A model generated the notes under the pieces. It made no database searches and had not been told where the DNA came from. It saw only the letters and a list, made by a program, of their open reading frames with translations. Below, in pieces: positions 1 to 10,401 of a stretch of 64,000 nucleotides of DNA (positions are counted from its first letter, which is position 1; the number at the start of each line of letters is the position of its first letter). Source of the stretch: Halarcobacter sp. (lineage in GTDB: Bacteria > Campylobacterota > Campylobacteria > Campylobacterales > Arcobacteraceae). The stretch covers positions 1,664,001-1,728,000 of the forward strand of contig CP182352.1 in the NCBI GenBank assembly GCA_048571215.1, given 5' to 3'. A program made the position numbers and the translations under genes.

Positions 1-249
1 AGAAAAAGTTGTTTTAGATCCCGTCGCTTTATCTAAAAACTTTCGTATATTTTTTTGTTTATATTTAGCAAATATTGCAAAGGCAATTAAAAATAGTAAA
101 AATATTATCCCAAAATAGTATGAGTCTGTTTTTAAGTGTTCACCACTTTTATATAAGGTATATACAAAAAGTACCACCAATATAATTGCTGACATCCCCA
201 TCAACTTGATATTTTTATCTAATATTTTTTTATTTGAATTTTGCGACAT
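1..249 (-). CDS. Partial (5' part) membrane-anchored protein, probably an FtsH-like AAA ATPase
   Basis: Manual translation MSQNSNKKILDKNIKLMGMSAIILVVLFVYTL..., two hydrophobic segments, open to the window edge, overlaps the mtaB stop. Product inferred from position only. Confidence 0.5.
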   Translation of the reverse strand, partial: MSQNSNKKILDKNIKLMGMSAIILVVLFVYTLYKSGEHLKTDSYYFGIIFLLFLIAFAIFAKYKQKNIRKFLDKATGSKTTFS

Positions 250-1498
250 TTTTTTCTATTCCTGCTTCATATTTTTCTAGAAAGATCCAATCTCCAACTA
301 AATCAACCTCACTTTCAACCTCTATTTGATTGAAAAATTGATCCAAACCTATATATTTCCCATTTTTCTTTGACTCTATTAAAACCTCTAAAGGTTTTGT
401 ATTGTTTTTTCTAAACTTATAGTTTTTCTCTTCTATTATTTTTGTAAGTTCATTATATCTAATTTTGGCAAGATCCCCACGAACCATATTTTTCATAACA
501 GCACTTGGTGTTCCATCTCTTTTTGAGTATGTAAAAGCATGGACATGAGTCAAAGGAAATCTATGTAAATTCTCCATCGCTTCACTCCATAACTCGTCAG
601 TTTCACCTGGATGCCCAACTATAAAATCTGTTCCTAAAGCATAACCATTTTCACTTAAAAATTCAAAAAGTTCTAAATCACTTAGTACTTTATTTCTTCT
701 ATTCATTATCTCTAACATTTTTTTAGAAGTGTGTTGTAGTGCTATATGAAGATGTTTTGCCATAAAAGGCTCATTGATAATCTCTTTAAACTCATCATCA
801 ATCTGAATAGGTTCAACACTTCCAAGTCTTACCCTTCTAACCCCTTTTATCATTGAGATTTTTTTCAAAAGTTTTGCTAAAGAGGTGTGTTGTTTTTTTC
901 CATAACTTCCCACATTTGTACCAGTTAAAATAAACTCTCCAAAGCCATTTGATGCTAAAGTGGTGATTTGTTCTAAGATTTTATCTTCTTTATAACTTCT
1001 TGCATCACCTCTTACATAAGGGATAATACAATATGAACATCTAAAGTCACACCCCTCTTGGATTTTGATAAATGCCCTACTCTTACCTATAAACTCTTCA
1101 ACAATAGTATCATCTATATGTTCTAAATCTCCCGCATCGAAAAATCTTTCTTGATTTTGTAAAAGTTCATTTATCTTCTCTTTTTGTGAATGTCCAAAAA
1201 GGGAGTCAACTTTTTTATCATTGAAAAGGGTTTCCCCTTTTGTCCAAACTCCACACCCTGTAAATACAACTCTTGGAGGTTTTTCAAATTTATTTAAAGA
1301 GTTTATATAACCTCTAGCTGTACTATCTGCACTATTTGTTACAGTACATGAGTTTATTACAACTATATCAGCCTCTTTTTCATTTTGAGTAACTTCAAAA
1401 TCTTTTAAATTGCTCATCATAACTTGTGTGTCAAAAACATTTGTTCTACACCCAAAAGTTTTGAAAAATACTTTTTGTTTATTTGTTGAAAAATTCAC
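230..1498 (-). CDS. mtaB: tRNA t6A37 methylthiotransferase (radical SAM)
   Basis: N-terminal TFGCRTN and NSCTVT motifs, radical-SAM CDFRCSYC, C-terminal TRAM-like region. Confidence 0.9.
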   Translation of the reverse strand: MNFSTNKQKVFFKTFGCRTNVFDTQVMMSNLKDFEVTQNEKEADIVVINSCTVTNSADSTARGYINSLNKFEKPPRVVFTGCGVWTKGETLFNDKKVDSLFGHSQKEKINELLQNQERFFDAGDLEHIDDTIVEEFIGKSRAFIKIQEGCDFRCSYCIIPYVRGDARSYKEDKILEQITTLASNGFGEFILTGTNVGSYGKKQHTSLAKLLKKISMIKGVRRVRLGSVEPIQIDDEFKEIINEPFMAKHLHIALQHTSKKMLEIMNRRNKVLSDLELFEFLSENGYALGTDFIVGHPGETDELWSEAMENLHRFPLTHVHAFTYSKRDGTPSAVMKNMVRGDLAKIRYNELTKIIEEKNYKFRKNNTKPLEVLIESKKNGKYIGLDQFFNQIEVESEVDLVGDWIFLEKYEAGIEKNVAKFK

Positions 1499-1516
1499 TA
1501 AATCTAATCCCTTGAT

Positions 1517-3220
1517 TTATCTTTTTATAATCTCATCTTCTAAATCTTTTGGCACTTTTTTTCTTGATGCACCATAATGATTATCTGTTTGGTTGATATT
1601 AATTTGTTGCGTAGGATATGCAATGGTAATATCATCCTCTTTCATAAATGCCTCTAAAATTTCTGGTGACATTGTACTTCTTAATACAAGTGCAGAATAA
1701 GAGTTTGTAAGGTACCAAGCTGAGATAACTATACCATGAGACTCAACAAAAGTATATACTCTTGGTTCTACCCCTGTTGCTCTTAATTGATATTTACTTC
1801 TCATCTTTGATAATTGTTTTCTTGTAATATCTGTATAACCCTTTGAATAATGTTTTAATATCTCTTTTGCAATATGTTGAGCTTTTTTATAGTTTGAATC
1901 ATAAGTAATAACAATATCAATCCCATCCCAAACAGTTCTAAGTCCCGAGTGCGTATAGTTTGCAATCATTTCAGAAAACACATAATTGTTTGGTATAAAA
2001 AAGATTCGTCCGGTTCTTCTATTTACATTATAAGAAGTAAGAGTAATATCTTCTCTAATTGTTATTTTAAACAATGAGATATCTAAAACATCCCCAACAA
2101 CTTGTTGACCATCCCTTGTAACTTTTATTCTGTCTCCCACATGGATTGAACCAGAAGTTACAATAACCATCCAACCAAAAATAGACATAAACCAATCTTT
2201 TAAAGCAATAGCAATACCAGCTGAAGCAAACCCTAGGATTGTTACCACATAAGATACATTGTCTATATATGAAAATAACATTATCATCACTATTATAAAA
2301 ACAACTAAAAAGTTAATAACCTTGTTTGTCATATAGTAGTTTTCATTTTGAGAGAAATACTTTTTAAGTGTCATTTTGATTAAGAATGCGATTAAAAATA
2401 GCACTAATACAATCAAAAAGATATTAAATATTTTTTCAACTTGATTTGAGATTTGAGATTTTGTTTCTAAGATAACTTGTTCTATTTTTCTGGTATATAC
2501 CTCTTCTGTTGTTGATACAATCTCCATAACCATATTGAAATCTTTTTTCTCTTTATCTAAGAAATTTATTACTTCTTTGTATTCTGGTTTTGGGTCTAAA
2601 TTATAAAGTTCAGAATAGGCATAAAGTTTTTCATCTAAAAGATTAACTAAATCATGAATACTCTTCTCAACCTGAACAAAAGTTTTTTTATTTGTTTCTA
2701 ATTTTTTTATATAAGATAGAGCATTTATTATCCCAAAAGGGTTAGATATTGATTCATACTTTTCAATCTCTGGAGGATTGATTAAACTTCCTATTGGTGA
2801 ACCTTTATACTCAGAAATAAGTTCCAACTCGTTTTCTTTAATTCTTATTTTATTATTTAGGTGATAAATCTGTTCTTCTGTTTTATTTGATTTTCTTTTT
2901 AGACTTTTTTTCATATCTACTAACTCATTAGAAAGGGTTCTATAAGCATCATAGTTACTGTATCTTTTTAATAAAATATTATCTTTTAATTTTGACTCAA
3001 TACCTTCAATTCTTTTTTTCAAATCACTAATTTGAGTCTCTTTTTCTATTCTTTTTTGCTCTTCAAGTCTTTGTTTTTCTAGTTCAGCTTCTTTTTCTTT
3101 TTCAATTTTTTCTATATCTTCTATATTATTTGCTACTATTGAAGAGGAGCTATTCTCTTGAGCAAAAGAGATATTTAAAAGTATAAATAAAACCAATAAT
3201 ATTTTAAAATAGCTTTTCAA
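1517..3220 (-). CDS. MscS-family mechanosensitive channel with coiled-coil N-terminus
   Basis: Signal peptide, TM helices, LGFASAGIAIAL, GDRIKV, IPNN, IAYPTQ motifs. Confidence 0.85.
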   Translation of the reverse strand: MKSYFKILLVLFILLNISFAQENSSSSIVANNIEDIEKIEKEKEAELEKQRLEEQKRIEKETQISDLKKRIEGIESKLKDNILLKRYSNYDAYRTLSNELVDMKKSLKRKSNKTEEQIYHLNNKIRIKENELELISEYKGSPIGSLINPPEIEKYESISNPFGIINALSYIKKLETNKKTFVQVEKSIHDLVNLLDEKLYAYSELYNLDPKPEYKEVINFLDKEKKDFNMVMEIVSTTEEVYTRKIEQVILETKSQISNQVEKIFNIFLIVLVLFLIAFLIKMTLKKYFSQNENYYMTNKVINFLVVFIIVMIMLFSYIDNVSYVVTILGFASAGIAIALKDWFMSIFGWMVIVTSGSIHVGDRIKVTRDGQQVVGDVLDISLFKITIREDITLTSYNVNRRTGRIFFIPNNYVFSEMIANYTHSGLRTVWDGIDIVITYDSNYKKAQHIAKEILKHYSKGYTDITRKQLSKMRSKYQLRATGVEPRVYTFVESHGIVISAWYLTNSYSALVLRSTMSPEILEAFMKEDDITIAYPTQQININQTDNHYGASRKKVPKDLEDEIIKR

Positions 3221-3221
3221 A

Positions 3222-4256
3222 TCAAAAACCTTTTAAAATAGTCATAACATCAGCTTTATCTATTTTATCTGTAATTTCACAATCACCCAAACCTTTTGGT
3301 AATATAAACTTGATTTTATTGTCCAATGATTTTTTATCTAAAAAGAAGTGTTCATAAAAATCTTCCACATCTTTTATTTTATACTCAGTTGGTATATCAT
3401 ATTTTTCTAAAAGTTTTTTTACCCTTAGGGCTTCATCTTCTGTCATATTTCCAAGTTTAACAGCTAAAGCATTTGCCATAACCATACCAATTCCTACTGC
3501 TTCACCATGTAAATAGGTATTATAGTTTGTTTCATTTTCTATAACATGTCCAAAGGTATGTCCATAATTTAAAGCAGCTCTTAATCCTTTTTCTTTTTCA
3601 TCTTGTGACACAACCCATGCTTTTGTTTCAACAGATTTTGCAATAGCTGTTTTTATATTCTCTTCATTTGTTAAATCATTTTGTTCTAACCATTGGAAAA
3701 ACTCTTTATTAAAAGTAACTGCCATTTTAACTATCTCGGCAACTCCTGCACCAAACTCCCTTTGGGGAAGTGTAGTTAAAAAGAAAGGGTCTATATAAAC
3801 TGCTACTGGTTGATGAAAAGCTCCAATTAGATTTTTACCAAATTTATTATTGATCCCTGTCTTACCCCCAACACTTGCATCAACTTGTGACAACAAAGTA
3901 GTTGGTATTTGAACAAAGTCAATTCCTCTTTGATAAATAGAAGCAGCAAAACCAGTCATATCTCCTATTACTCCACCACCAAATGCAATAAGTAATGATT
4001 TTCTATCAAGTCTATGCTCAAAACAGTGTTCAAGTATAAACTCTATTGTTTCCATTTTTTTATACTCTTCCCCATCTGGAATAGTTACAACACTAAGCTC
4101 TTTTGCACTAAGTTTCTCATTTAAATACACTAAATGGCAAGCACTTACTGTTGGGTTTGTTACTACTACAACTTTAGTATCAAAATACATATCTTTTAAT
4201 TTATCAATAGTAATATCATAGGTGGTATTATCGGGTAAGGTAATATTTACAATCAT
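3222..4256 (-). CDS. aroB: 3-dehydroquinate synthase
   Basis: GGGVIGD, PTTLLSQVDASVGGKTGIN, LNYGHTFGH motifs. Confidence 0.95.
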   Translation of the reverse strand: MIVNITLPDNTTYDITIDKLKDMYFDTKVVVVTNPTVSACHLVYLNEKLSAKELSVVTIPDGEEYKKMETIEFILEHCFEHRLDRKSLLIAFGGGVIGDMTGFAASIYQRGIDFVQIPTTLLSQVDASVGGKTGINNKFGKNLIGAFHQPVAVYIDPFFLTTLPQREFGAGVAEIVKMAVTFNKEFFQWLEQNDLTNEENIKTAIAKSVETKAWVVSQDEKEKGLRAALNYGHTFGHVIENETNYNTYLHGEAVGIGMVMANALAVKLGNMTEDEALRVKKLLEKYDIPTEYKIKDVEDFYEHFFLDKKSLDNKIKFILPKGLGDCEITDKIDKADVMTILKGF

Positions 4257-4543
4257 TAAAAATCCATTTTTATATTTTCTTGGATTTTATCTTAAATCAC
4301 TTAAAAATGTGTTGAATTATGGGAGTTTACAAGCTAATTTAAATAATAAGATTTCACAATTTATTTAAATTAATTATAGTGATTTAAATAAATAAACTTT
4401 TATAAAATGTTACCTTTTAACTAGAAAAAGTGTTTTTTCTACATATTTATAAATAAATTTTATAAAATTTATCAAAAAAACATATATTTACATTTTATGT
4501 ACATTTCATTTGTATATACTACTTTTAACGAAAAGGAGCAAAA

Positions 4544-5026
4544 ATGGAATTTGAAACAGCAGATTTATGTGATGATAATCAAAATAAAAATCTACAGGTG
4601 CTTTCCTCTGAATTTAAAAACTATGGGGGTTTGCAAAAGTGTTATGGACAAATTGTAACTATTAAACTTGATAAAAGTAATTGGAGATTACTTGAACTAT
4701 TAAGAGATGAAAATGGGGAAGGTAAAATTGTAGTCGTAGATAATGCACAATTTTTTTATGGTGTTGTTGGGGACAAATTAATGGCATACGCTAAAAAAAA
4801 TAATTGGGCAGGAATAATCATAAATGGATATGTTAGAGATACTGCATATACAAAAGATATTGATGTTGCATTATATGCAATAGGTACTTGTCCTTTAAGA
4901 AATTTTGAAAAAACAAACTCATCTATGGGGGATCAACTTAGCTTTGGTGGAGTAACTTTCAATAATGGTGATTATGTGTATGCTGATTGCGATGGCGTAG
5001 TTATAAGTAAAGAAAAGCTTATATAA
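4544..5026 (+). CDS. RraA family / HMG aldolase-like protein
   Basis: TADLCD start, GDKL, GYVRD, GDYVYADCDGV motifs. Confidence 0.85.
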   Translation: MEFETADLCDDNQNKNLQVLSSEFKNYGGLQKCYGQIVTIKLDKSNWRLLELLRDENGEGKIVVVDNAQFFYGVVGDKLMAYAKKNNWAGIIINGYVRDTAYTKDIDVALYAIGTCPLRNFEKTNSSMGDQLSFGGVTFNNGDYVYADCDGVVISKEKLI

Positions 5027-5100
5027 AATATGAAAATTGATGTATTTTCAATTGTCATAATATTATCTATTTTGATATTTTATTCAATTGCATATAACTA

Positions 5101-5123
5101 AAAGAGAAGATTAACTTCTCTTT
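5101..5123. terminator. Hairpin between convergent genes, probable bidirectional terminator
   Basis: aaagagaag-attaa-cttctcttt. Confidence 0.55.
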
Positions 5124-5761
5124 TATAATTCAGAATTTATTAAATCTTCTAAACTTTTAACACTAAAGGTTTCTAGTGGTTTTCCATTTACATAATAGCT
5201 TGGTGTTTTTGTAATATTTAACTTCTCTGTATCTTTCAAATCTTGAATTATGATTTTATCACCATCATCTTTATTCATAAATTCAGCCATTTTATCCATA
5301 TCCAAATCGATATTAGCTAATAGAGAATACAAAATTTGAGGGTTTACTACATGATTTACAACCCATGAACCTTGTGTTTTATACATATACTCCAATGCCT
5401 CTAAAAATTTACCTTGTTGTCTTGCCCCTTCTAACATTTTTACTGCATAGTTGGAATTTTTATGAAAAGGTGCATATCTAAAAACAAGTTTTATTTTGCC
5501 TTTATTTTTTTCCATAATCTGTTTAACATATGGATGAAAATAAGCACAACTACCACAAGCTGGGTCAAAAAACTCTACTAACTCAACTTTTGCATCTTTA
5601 TTACCTAAAACATAAGAATAGTCTCTTTTTAAATTTTGCATATTTTGTTTTGCAATTTGTGTTTGTTCACTACTTTTACTACTTTTATAAAAATAAGTAG
5701 CAGCTACAAAAATAGCTATTAAAATAGCTACTGATGAAAGTATTAATTTACTGTTTTTCAT
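5123..5761 (-). CDS. DsbA/thioredoxin-fold protein
   Basis: FFDPACGSC, TPSYYVNGK, N-terminal anchor. Confidence 0.85.
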   Translation of the reverse strand: MKNSKLILSSVAILIAIFVAATYFYKSSKSSEQTQIAKQNMQNLKRDYSYVLGNKDAKVELVEFFDPACGSCAYFHPYVKQIMEKNKGKIKLVFRYAPFHKNSNYAVKMLEGARQQGKFLEALEYMYKTQGSWVVNHVVNPQILYSLLANIDLDMDKMAEFMNKDDGDKIIIQDLKDTEKLNITKTPSYYVNGKPLETFSVKSLEDLINSEL

Positions 5762-5886
5762 TATCTCTCCAAAAAAAATTATTTTAATATAATAACAAAA
5801 CTATGTGTAGTTTATATGTAATATCTTCACTTTAATGTAATTTTAATATGATATAATCTTTTTTTTTACTAAACAAGGACTTTCAT

Positions 5887-6702
5887 ATGGAAGAAACAAT
5901 CTACCTATATCCAATAGATTGGGACAAAGCTTATTCTATTCGTCATGAAAAAATAGATAATGAACATAAAAGAATATTTCAATTAACCTCTGAAATACAA
6001 AAATATAAAAATGATATAAGTAAAATACAAAAGATTATAAAAGAATTGATTTTATATACAAGAAGTCACTTTTTAAATGAAGAAAATTATATGAGATCTA
6101 TAGATTATGAGCGTTTTGATGAACATAAAATTGAACATAAAAAACTTGTAAGAGAGTTAGGTACAATAATAAAAAACATCACAAGTGAGTCTATAGAAAA
6201 TATAGCCGTTGACATAAATAAATTTATCAATACTAAAATACTAAAACATATACTTATAGATGATAAAAAATTTCATCACTTTAGAAAAGATAGAGATGAA
6301 TTAAAAAATAGTTTTAAATGGAACTCTACTTATAAAATATATGATGATATAATAGATAAAGAGCATAAGGAGCTTTTTGAAATAGCTAGCGATGCCTTAG
6401 ATTATAATAATACTGATATAAAATCCCATATAAAAATTACAATTGGAAAACTTTACAAATATATGCAAACACATTTTGAACATGAAGAGGAGTTTATGAA
6501 AACAATAAACTATCCACTTTTAAAAGAGCATATAAAACTTCACAAAAATATAATATCCCAAATGAATGATTTTATAAAAACTCTAGCAGATATGAAGATT
6601 ACTGATTTTGAAAGAAAACTTTTAGAATATATGGATATTTGGCTTATAAGTCATATTTTATTTGAAGATAGAAAAATCATATATTTTCTAAAAAGTAAAT
6701 AA
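5887..6702 (+). CDS. Tandem two-domain bacteriohemerythrin
   Basis: Two repeats of IDxEH..HFxxEE..H..H..HIxxxD. Confidence 0.85.
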   Translation: MEETIYLYPIDWDKAYSIRHEKIDNEHKRIFQLTSEIQKYKNDISKIQKIIKELILYTRSHFLNEENYMRSIDYERFDEHKIEHKKLVRELGTIIKNITSESIENIAVDINKFINTKILKHILIDDKKFHHFRKDRDELKNSFKWNSTYKIYDDIIDKEHKELFEIASDALDYNNTDIKSHIKITIGKLYKYMQTHFEHEEEFMKTINYPLLKEHIKLHKNIISQMNDFIKTLADMKITDFERKLLEYMDIWLISHILFEDRKIIYFLKSK

Positions 6703-6798
6703 AATTTCAAATTTTGTTTTAAAAGGTAACAGCTTTTACCTTTGTCTAATCTTTTTTAGATATTGTATAACATTAAACTAAAAAAAGGAGATGTCAAT

Positions 6799-7218
6799 AT
6801 GGCTATAGATAAAGAACAAGTTGTAAGCATGATGTATGAATTAAAAATAGATGGAGAGGTAGTTGATAGTAATATTGGCAAAGAACCCTTAGAGTTTACT
6901 TTTGGTACAGGACAAATTATACCAGGATTAGAAAATAGAATCTCAGAACTAAATGAAGGTGAATCTTTAGAGTGTACAGTTCCTGCACAAGAAGCTTATG
7001 GAGAATATAATCCAGAAGCAAAACAACTTGTACCTAAAGAACAATTTGGTGATTTAGAGCTTAAAGTTGGTATGCCTTTACAAGGTCAAGGTGAAGGTGG
7101 ACAACCTATTCAAGTTGTAGTTACAGCAATTACTGATGAAGGTGTTGAAGTTGATTTCAATCACCCATTAGCTGGAAAAGATCTAGACTTTTCAGTAACT
7201 ATAAATACAATTTTATAA
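6799..7218 (+). CDS. slyD: FKBP-type peptidyl-prolyl isomerase (SlyD-like)
   Basis: GQIIPGLE, VDFNHPLAGKDL; ATG at 6799 after AGGAG. Confidence 0.85.
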   Translation: MAIDKEQVVSMMYELKIDGEVVDSNIGKEPLEFTFGTGQIIPGLENRISELNEGESLECTVPAQEAYGEYNPEAKQLVPKEQFGDLELKVGMPLQGQGEGGQPIQVVVTAITDEGVEVDFNHPLAGKDLDFSVTINTIL

Positions 7219-7222
7219 TAAC

Positions 7223-7248
7223 AAAATTGCCACACTTGTGGCAATTTT
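7223..7248 (+). terminator. Intrinsic terminator-like hairpin
   Basis: aaaattgccac-actt-gtggcaatttt just after the stop. Confidence 0.65.
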
Positions 7249-7295
7249 AGCTATAATACCCAAAAATTTAAAACAAACTATACAATCTATAATAA

Positions 7296-7802
7296 ATGGA
7301 AAAACAAATGAATTTTGATATAACAAAAGTTGCCAATGTAATACTATATATGTTGCATAAACAAGTTACCCACCTAAATGATAAAAAAGTTATTATCATG
7401 CTTTTTTTAATAGACTATAAACATCAAAAATATTGTGGTGAGAAAATATTTGGTGATGAGTATATAAAAGGTTCAAGACACCCAGAAGCTGCAATTTTAA
7501 GTGAACTCTTTGATATTATTGCAAATGGTGATGATTTGGATGAGGAGGATGAAAGACTTTATCTAATTCAAGAGTTATTAGGGTATTTGGATATAGAAAT
7601 AACAAAAAATGAAAAATTTATTGAACTAAATTTTCTAAAGATGGAAGAAGATTTTGATGAAACAATATTTACAAAAGATGAATTAAAAACTATACAAAAA
7701 ATTGTAAATGAGTATCTAAATACAACACCAAGAAATACTGCAAATGCATGCTTCAAAATTGAAGAAGTTAGAAAAATACCAAAAGGTGAAATTATAATCT
7801 AA
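7296..7802 (+). CDS. SocA/DUF4065 (Panacea)-like protein
   Basis: KVANVILYM..KK...LFLIDY.H...GEKIFGDEY pattern. Confidence 0.55.
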   Translation: MEKQMNFDITKVANVILYMLHKQVTHLNDKKVIIMLFLIDYKHQKYCGEKIFGDEYIKGSRHPEAAILSELFDIIANGDDLDEEDERLYLIQELLGYLDIEITKNEKFIELNFLKMEEDFDETIFTKDELKTIQKIVNEYLNTTPRNTANACFKIEEVRKIPKGEIII

Positions 7803-8004
7803 TTGCTATATTTTTATATATATCATTAGTAAAACAAAAACTACTTAATAAAAAAGTAGGAGTATATGAATAACTTTTAGAACAATTAATGCTTCTAAAA
7901 TATATATTTAATTATGGTTATGTCATCTTAAAAAATATCACCTATCTAATTTTAAATAAAATATTAGTATAGTTATATCTAATTTTGAAAACAAAAGGTA
8001 AAAA

Positions 8005-8271
8005 ATGAGTAAAGTTAAAGAGTTAGAAAAACTTTTAGAAAATGAAGTTTTAGTTGAAGTAAATGAGAGTATAAAAGAGTTAGAGACTGAATTATCAAAA
8101 AAGAAAAAAAATAAAGATTTAGAAGAAGAATTAAAGTATATGGAACAAGTTAAGCAATATTTTGATGAAGTACTTCTTGATATCTCACATGACAACTTAA
8201 AAGAGAAAGATGCAATTGATATTTTAGAAGCATTAGAAGAGATGGAGTTAGAGAATCAATCAGGTTTTTAA
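8005..8271 (+). CDS. Hypothetical acidic coiled-coil protein
   Basis: ORF with RBS, adjacent to the next gene. Confidence 0.6.
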   Translation: MSKVKELEKLLENEVLVEVNESIKELETELSKKKKNKDLEEELKYMEQVKQYFDEVLLDISHDNLKEKDAIDILEALEEMELENQSGF

Positions 8272-8274
8272 ACT

Positions 8275-8889
8275 ATGAATTGGCTGGCACATATCTTTTT
8301 ATCAGAATATAATATTGAATTTCAAATAGGAAACTATCTAGCTGATCCCCTCAAAGGAAGGGTTTGGCAAGGTGCAAGCCCTTCTATACAAAAAGGTATG
8401 AGTGTTCATAAAATAATTGATTCTTATAGTGATTCCCACAAACTATTTAAAAAAAGTAAAGATTCTTTAGGCAATAAAGGTTTATTAAAGGCTGTAGTTA
8501 TTGATTTAACATATGATTATCTTTTAACAAAACATTGGCAAAAATTTTCACTTATGGATTTAGAAAGTTTTTTAAATGAGTTTTATATCCAAGCAAATAA
8601 ACAAATTTCAAAGCTACCAAATCATGCAAAAGAACCACTTGAAAAAATGGTTAAATATGAGATATTAAATAAGTATAAAACCTTAGATGATTTACAAAAA
8701 GCTTTTTATAGAGTTGACAAAAGACTTTCACCAAGACTTGCAAAAAGAGATAAAGCAAGTTTATATTTTAGAAAAATCTCTTTAAACATAGACTCTATAG
8801 AGGAAAACTTTTTAGAGTTTTTCCCCCAACTATGCCTAGAAGTAAAAAGACATCTGGATGAAAATAAATTAACTCACTGGAGAATATAA
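8275..8889 (+). CDS. ACP phosphodiesterase (AcpH-like)
   Basis: MNWLAH, GNYLAD, HKIIDSYSDSH, DLTYDYLL motifs. Confidence 0.8.
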   Translation: MNWLAHIFLSEYNIEFQIGNYLADPLKGRVWQGASPSIQKGMSVHKIIDSYSDSHKLFKKSKDSLGNKGLLKAVVIDLTYDYLLTKHWQKFSLMDLESFLNEFYIQANKQISKLPNHAKEPLEKMVKYEILNKYKTLDDLQKAFYRVDKRLSPRLAKRDKASLYFRKISLNIDSIEENFLEFFPQLCLEVKRHLDENKLTHWRI

Positions 8890-9857
8890 GCTTTTGATAA
8901 ACTATAATTTTGTTTTTCTAATAAAACTTTATTAAAAGCTTCCACATCATCATAAGTTAAACTGAAGTTTTCCAGTTGCTTTTTTTGTATTATAGGATTC
9001 ATCAAGGCATTTTTACTATTTATATGAGGAACACCTAATAAATGCCCAATTTCATGAGCGATAACTGCTTTTAATTCTTTTAAATTATCAAAACCATATA
9101 TCTCTATTTTACTCATATAGTTTTTTTCTTCTTTTTGTTTTCTAGTTTTTCCATCTTTGTATATATTTTTTGTAATAACTTTTTTATACATAAAAGTTTT
9201 ACCTTTTATCTTTTTAAAACCTCTAGTCATAGCTTCAAGATCTCTTATATTTGAATTATATTTTTGTATAAGATTATTATATGAAGAGATTTTTTTATTA
9301 AAATCTTTTATTGATAAACTTACATTTTTATGTTCTATTTTTACTCTTTTTATCTCACTATTTATAATATCTCGTTCTTTTTTTACATATTGTTTTGCTT
9401 GTTTATACTCTTGCATTGAAATATTTTTTTGTTTTTTTATACTTTTTATAAAACCATTTAGTTTTTTGATTCTATTATTTAATATAGTATTCTCCTTCTT
9501 AAAGGAGTTTCTTAAACTGTACATTTGTTTTTTACCATCTGAGATATAACTTTTATTTTTGTTTATCTCTTCAAGCAATTGGCTTATTATTTTATTTTTT
9601 GATAAAATATTTTGTTCAAGTTTAGTAGCAGGAATATAGATCAAATTTATTGGGATACCATTTTCTGAGTAATCAAATAGATTTGTATTTAACTTAGACT
9701 CAAACTCTTGTTCAATCTCAAATACAATCTCTTCAAGTTTTTCTTTACTAATTATATCTTTATATTGCCAAGCAATAGTACCTATAGTAACTTTTTGAGT
9801 ATTGGCATAACAAAGGTTCAAAAAAAGTATAACTATTAATAAAGCTTTTAAATTCAT
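8874..9857 (-). CDS. Secreted matrixin-family zinc metalloprotease with coiled coil
   Basis: HEIGHLLGVPH plus Met-turn ALMNP; signal peptide. Confidence 0.8.
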   Translation of the reverse strand: MNLKALLIVILFLNLCYANTQKVTIGTIAWQYKDIISKEKLEEIVFEIEQEFESKLNTNLFDYSENGIPINLIYIPATKLEQNILSKNKIISQLLEEINKNKSYISDGKKQMYSLRNSFKKENTILNNRIKKLNGFIKSIKKQKNISMQEYKQAKQYVKKERDIINSEIKRVKIEHKNVSLSIKDFNKKISSYNNLIQKYNSNIRDLEAMTRGFKKIKGKTFMYKKVITKNIYKDGKTRKQKEEKNYMSKIEIYGFDNLKELKAVIAHEIGHLLGVPHINSKNALMNPIIQKKQLENFSLTYDDVEAFNKVLLEKQNYSLSKAYILQ

Positions 9858-9958
9858 TGGGTATTTTATTTAAAATCATATTTATAATAGCTTTTGTGGT
9901 TTTACCTTTATGTAATATTTTTAAGATATAGTTATACTATAAAATACTAAGGATATCT

Positions 9959-10378
9959 ATGGCTATAAAAAAGAATCAAGTGGTAACAATGTTTTACGAA
10001 CTAAAAATCAATGATGAGTTAGTTGAAAGCAATCTAGAGACAAAACCTATTCAGTTTGTTTTTGGTACAGAACAATTAATTTCAGGCTTAGAAGCTGGAA
10101 TAGAAGATATGAATGAAGGGGAAACAAAAGATATAAAAGTTTCGCCAGAAGATGGATATGGGGAATATGATGAAAAGCTCAAAGAGACTCTTCCCATAGA
10201 AAACTTTGAAGGTATTGACTTAGAAATAGGAACTGTTGTTGAAGCTGATGATGAAGATAATGAAGTGATAAGAGCAACTGTAATAGAGGTTACAAAAGAT
10301 GAAGTAACTGTGGATTATAATCACCCTTTAGCAGGTTCTGTTTTAGATTTTAAAGTTACTATAAAATCAATTGTTTAA
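9959..10378 (+). CDS. Second FKBP-type PPIase (SlyD-like)
   Basis: QLISGLE, VDYNHPLAG. Confidence 0.85.
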   Translation: MAIKKNQVVTMFYELKINDELVESNLETKPIQFVFGTEQLISGLEAGIEDMNEGETKDIKVSPEDGYGEYDEKLKETLPIENFEGIDLEIGTVVEADDEDNEVIRATVIEVTKDEVTVDYNHPLAGSVLDFKVTIKSIV

Positions 10379-10401
10379 TGACATAGATTATTAGACTGAC
10401 T

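Noticed and set aside
7296..8271. SocA-like gene as part of a toxin-antitoxin pair
   Set aside because: No adjacent recognisable toxin; the next ORF is about 200 bp away and featureless.
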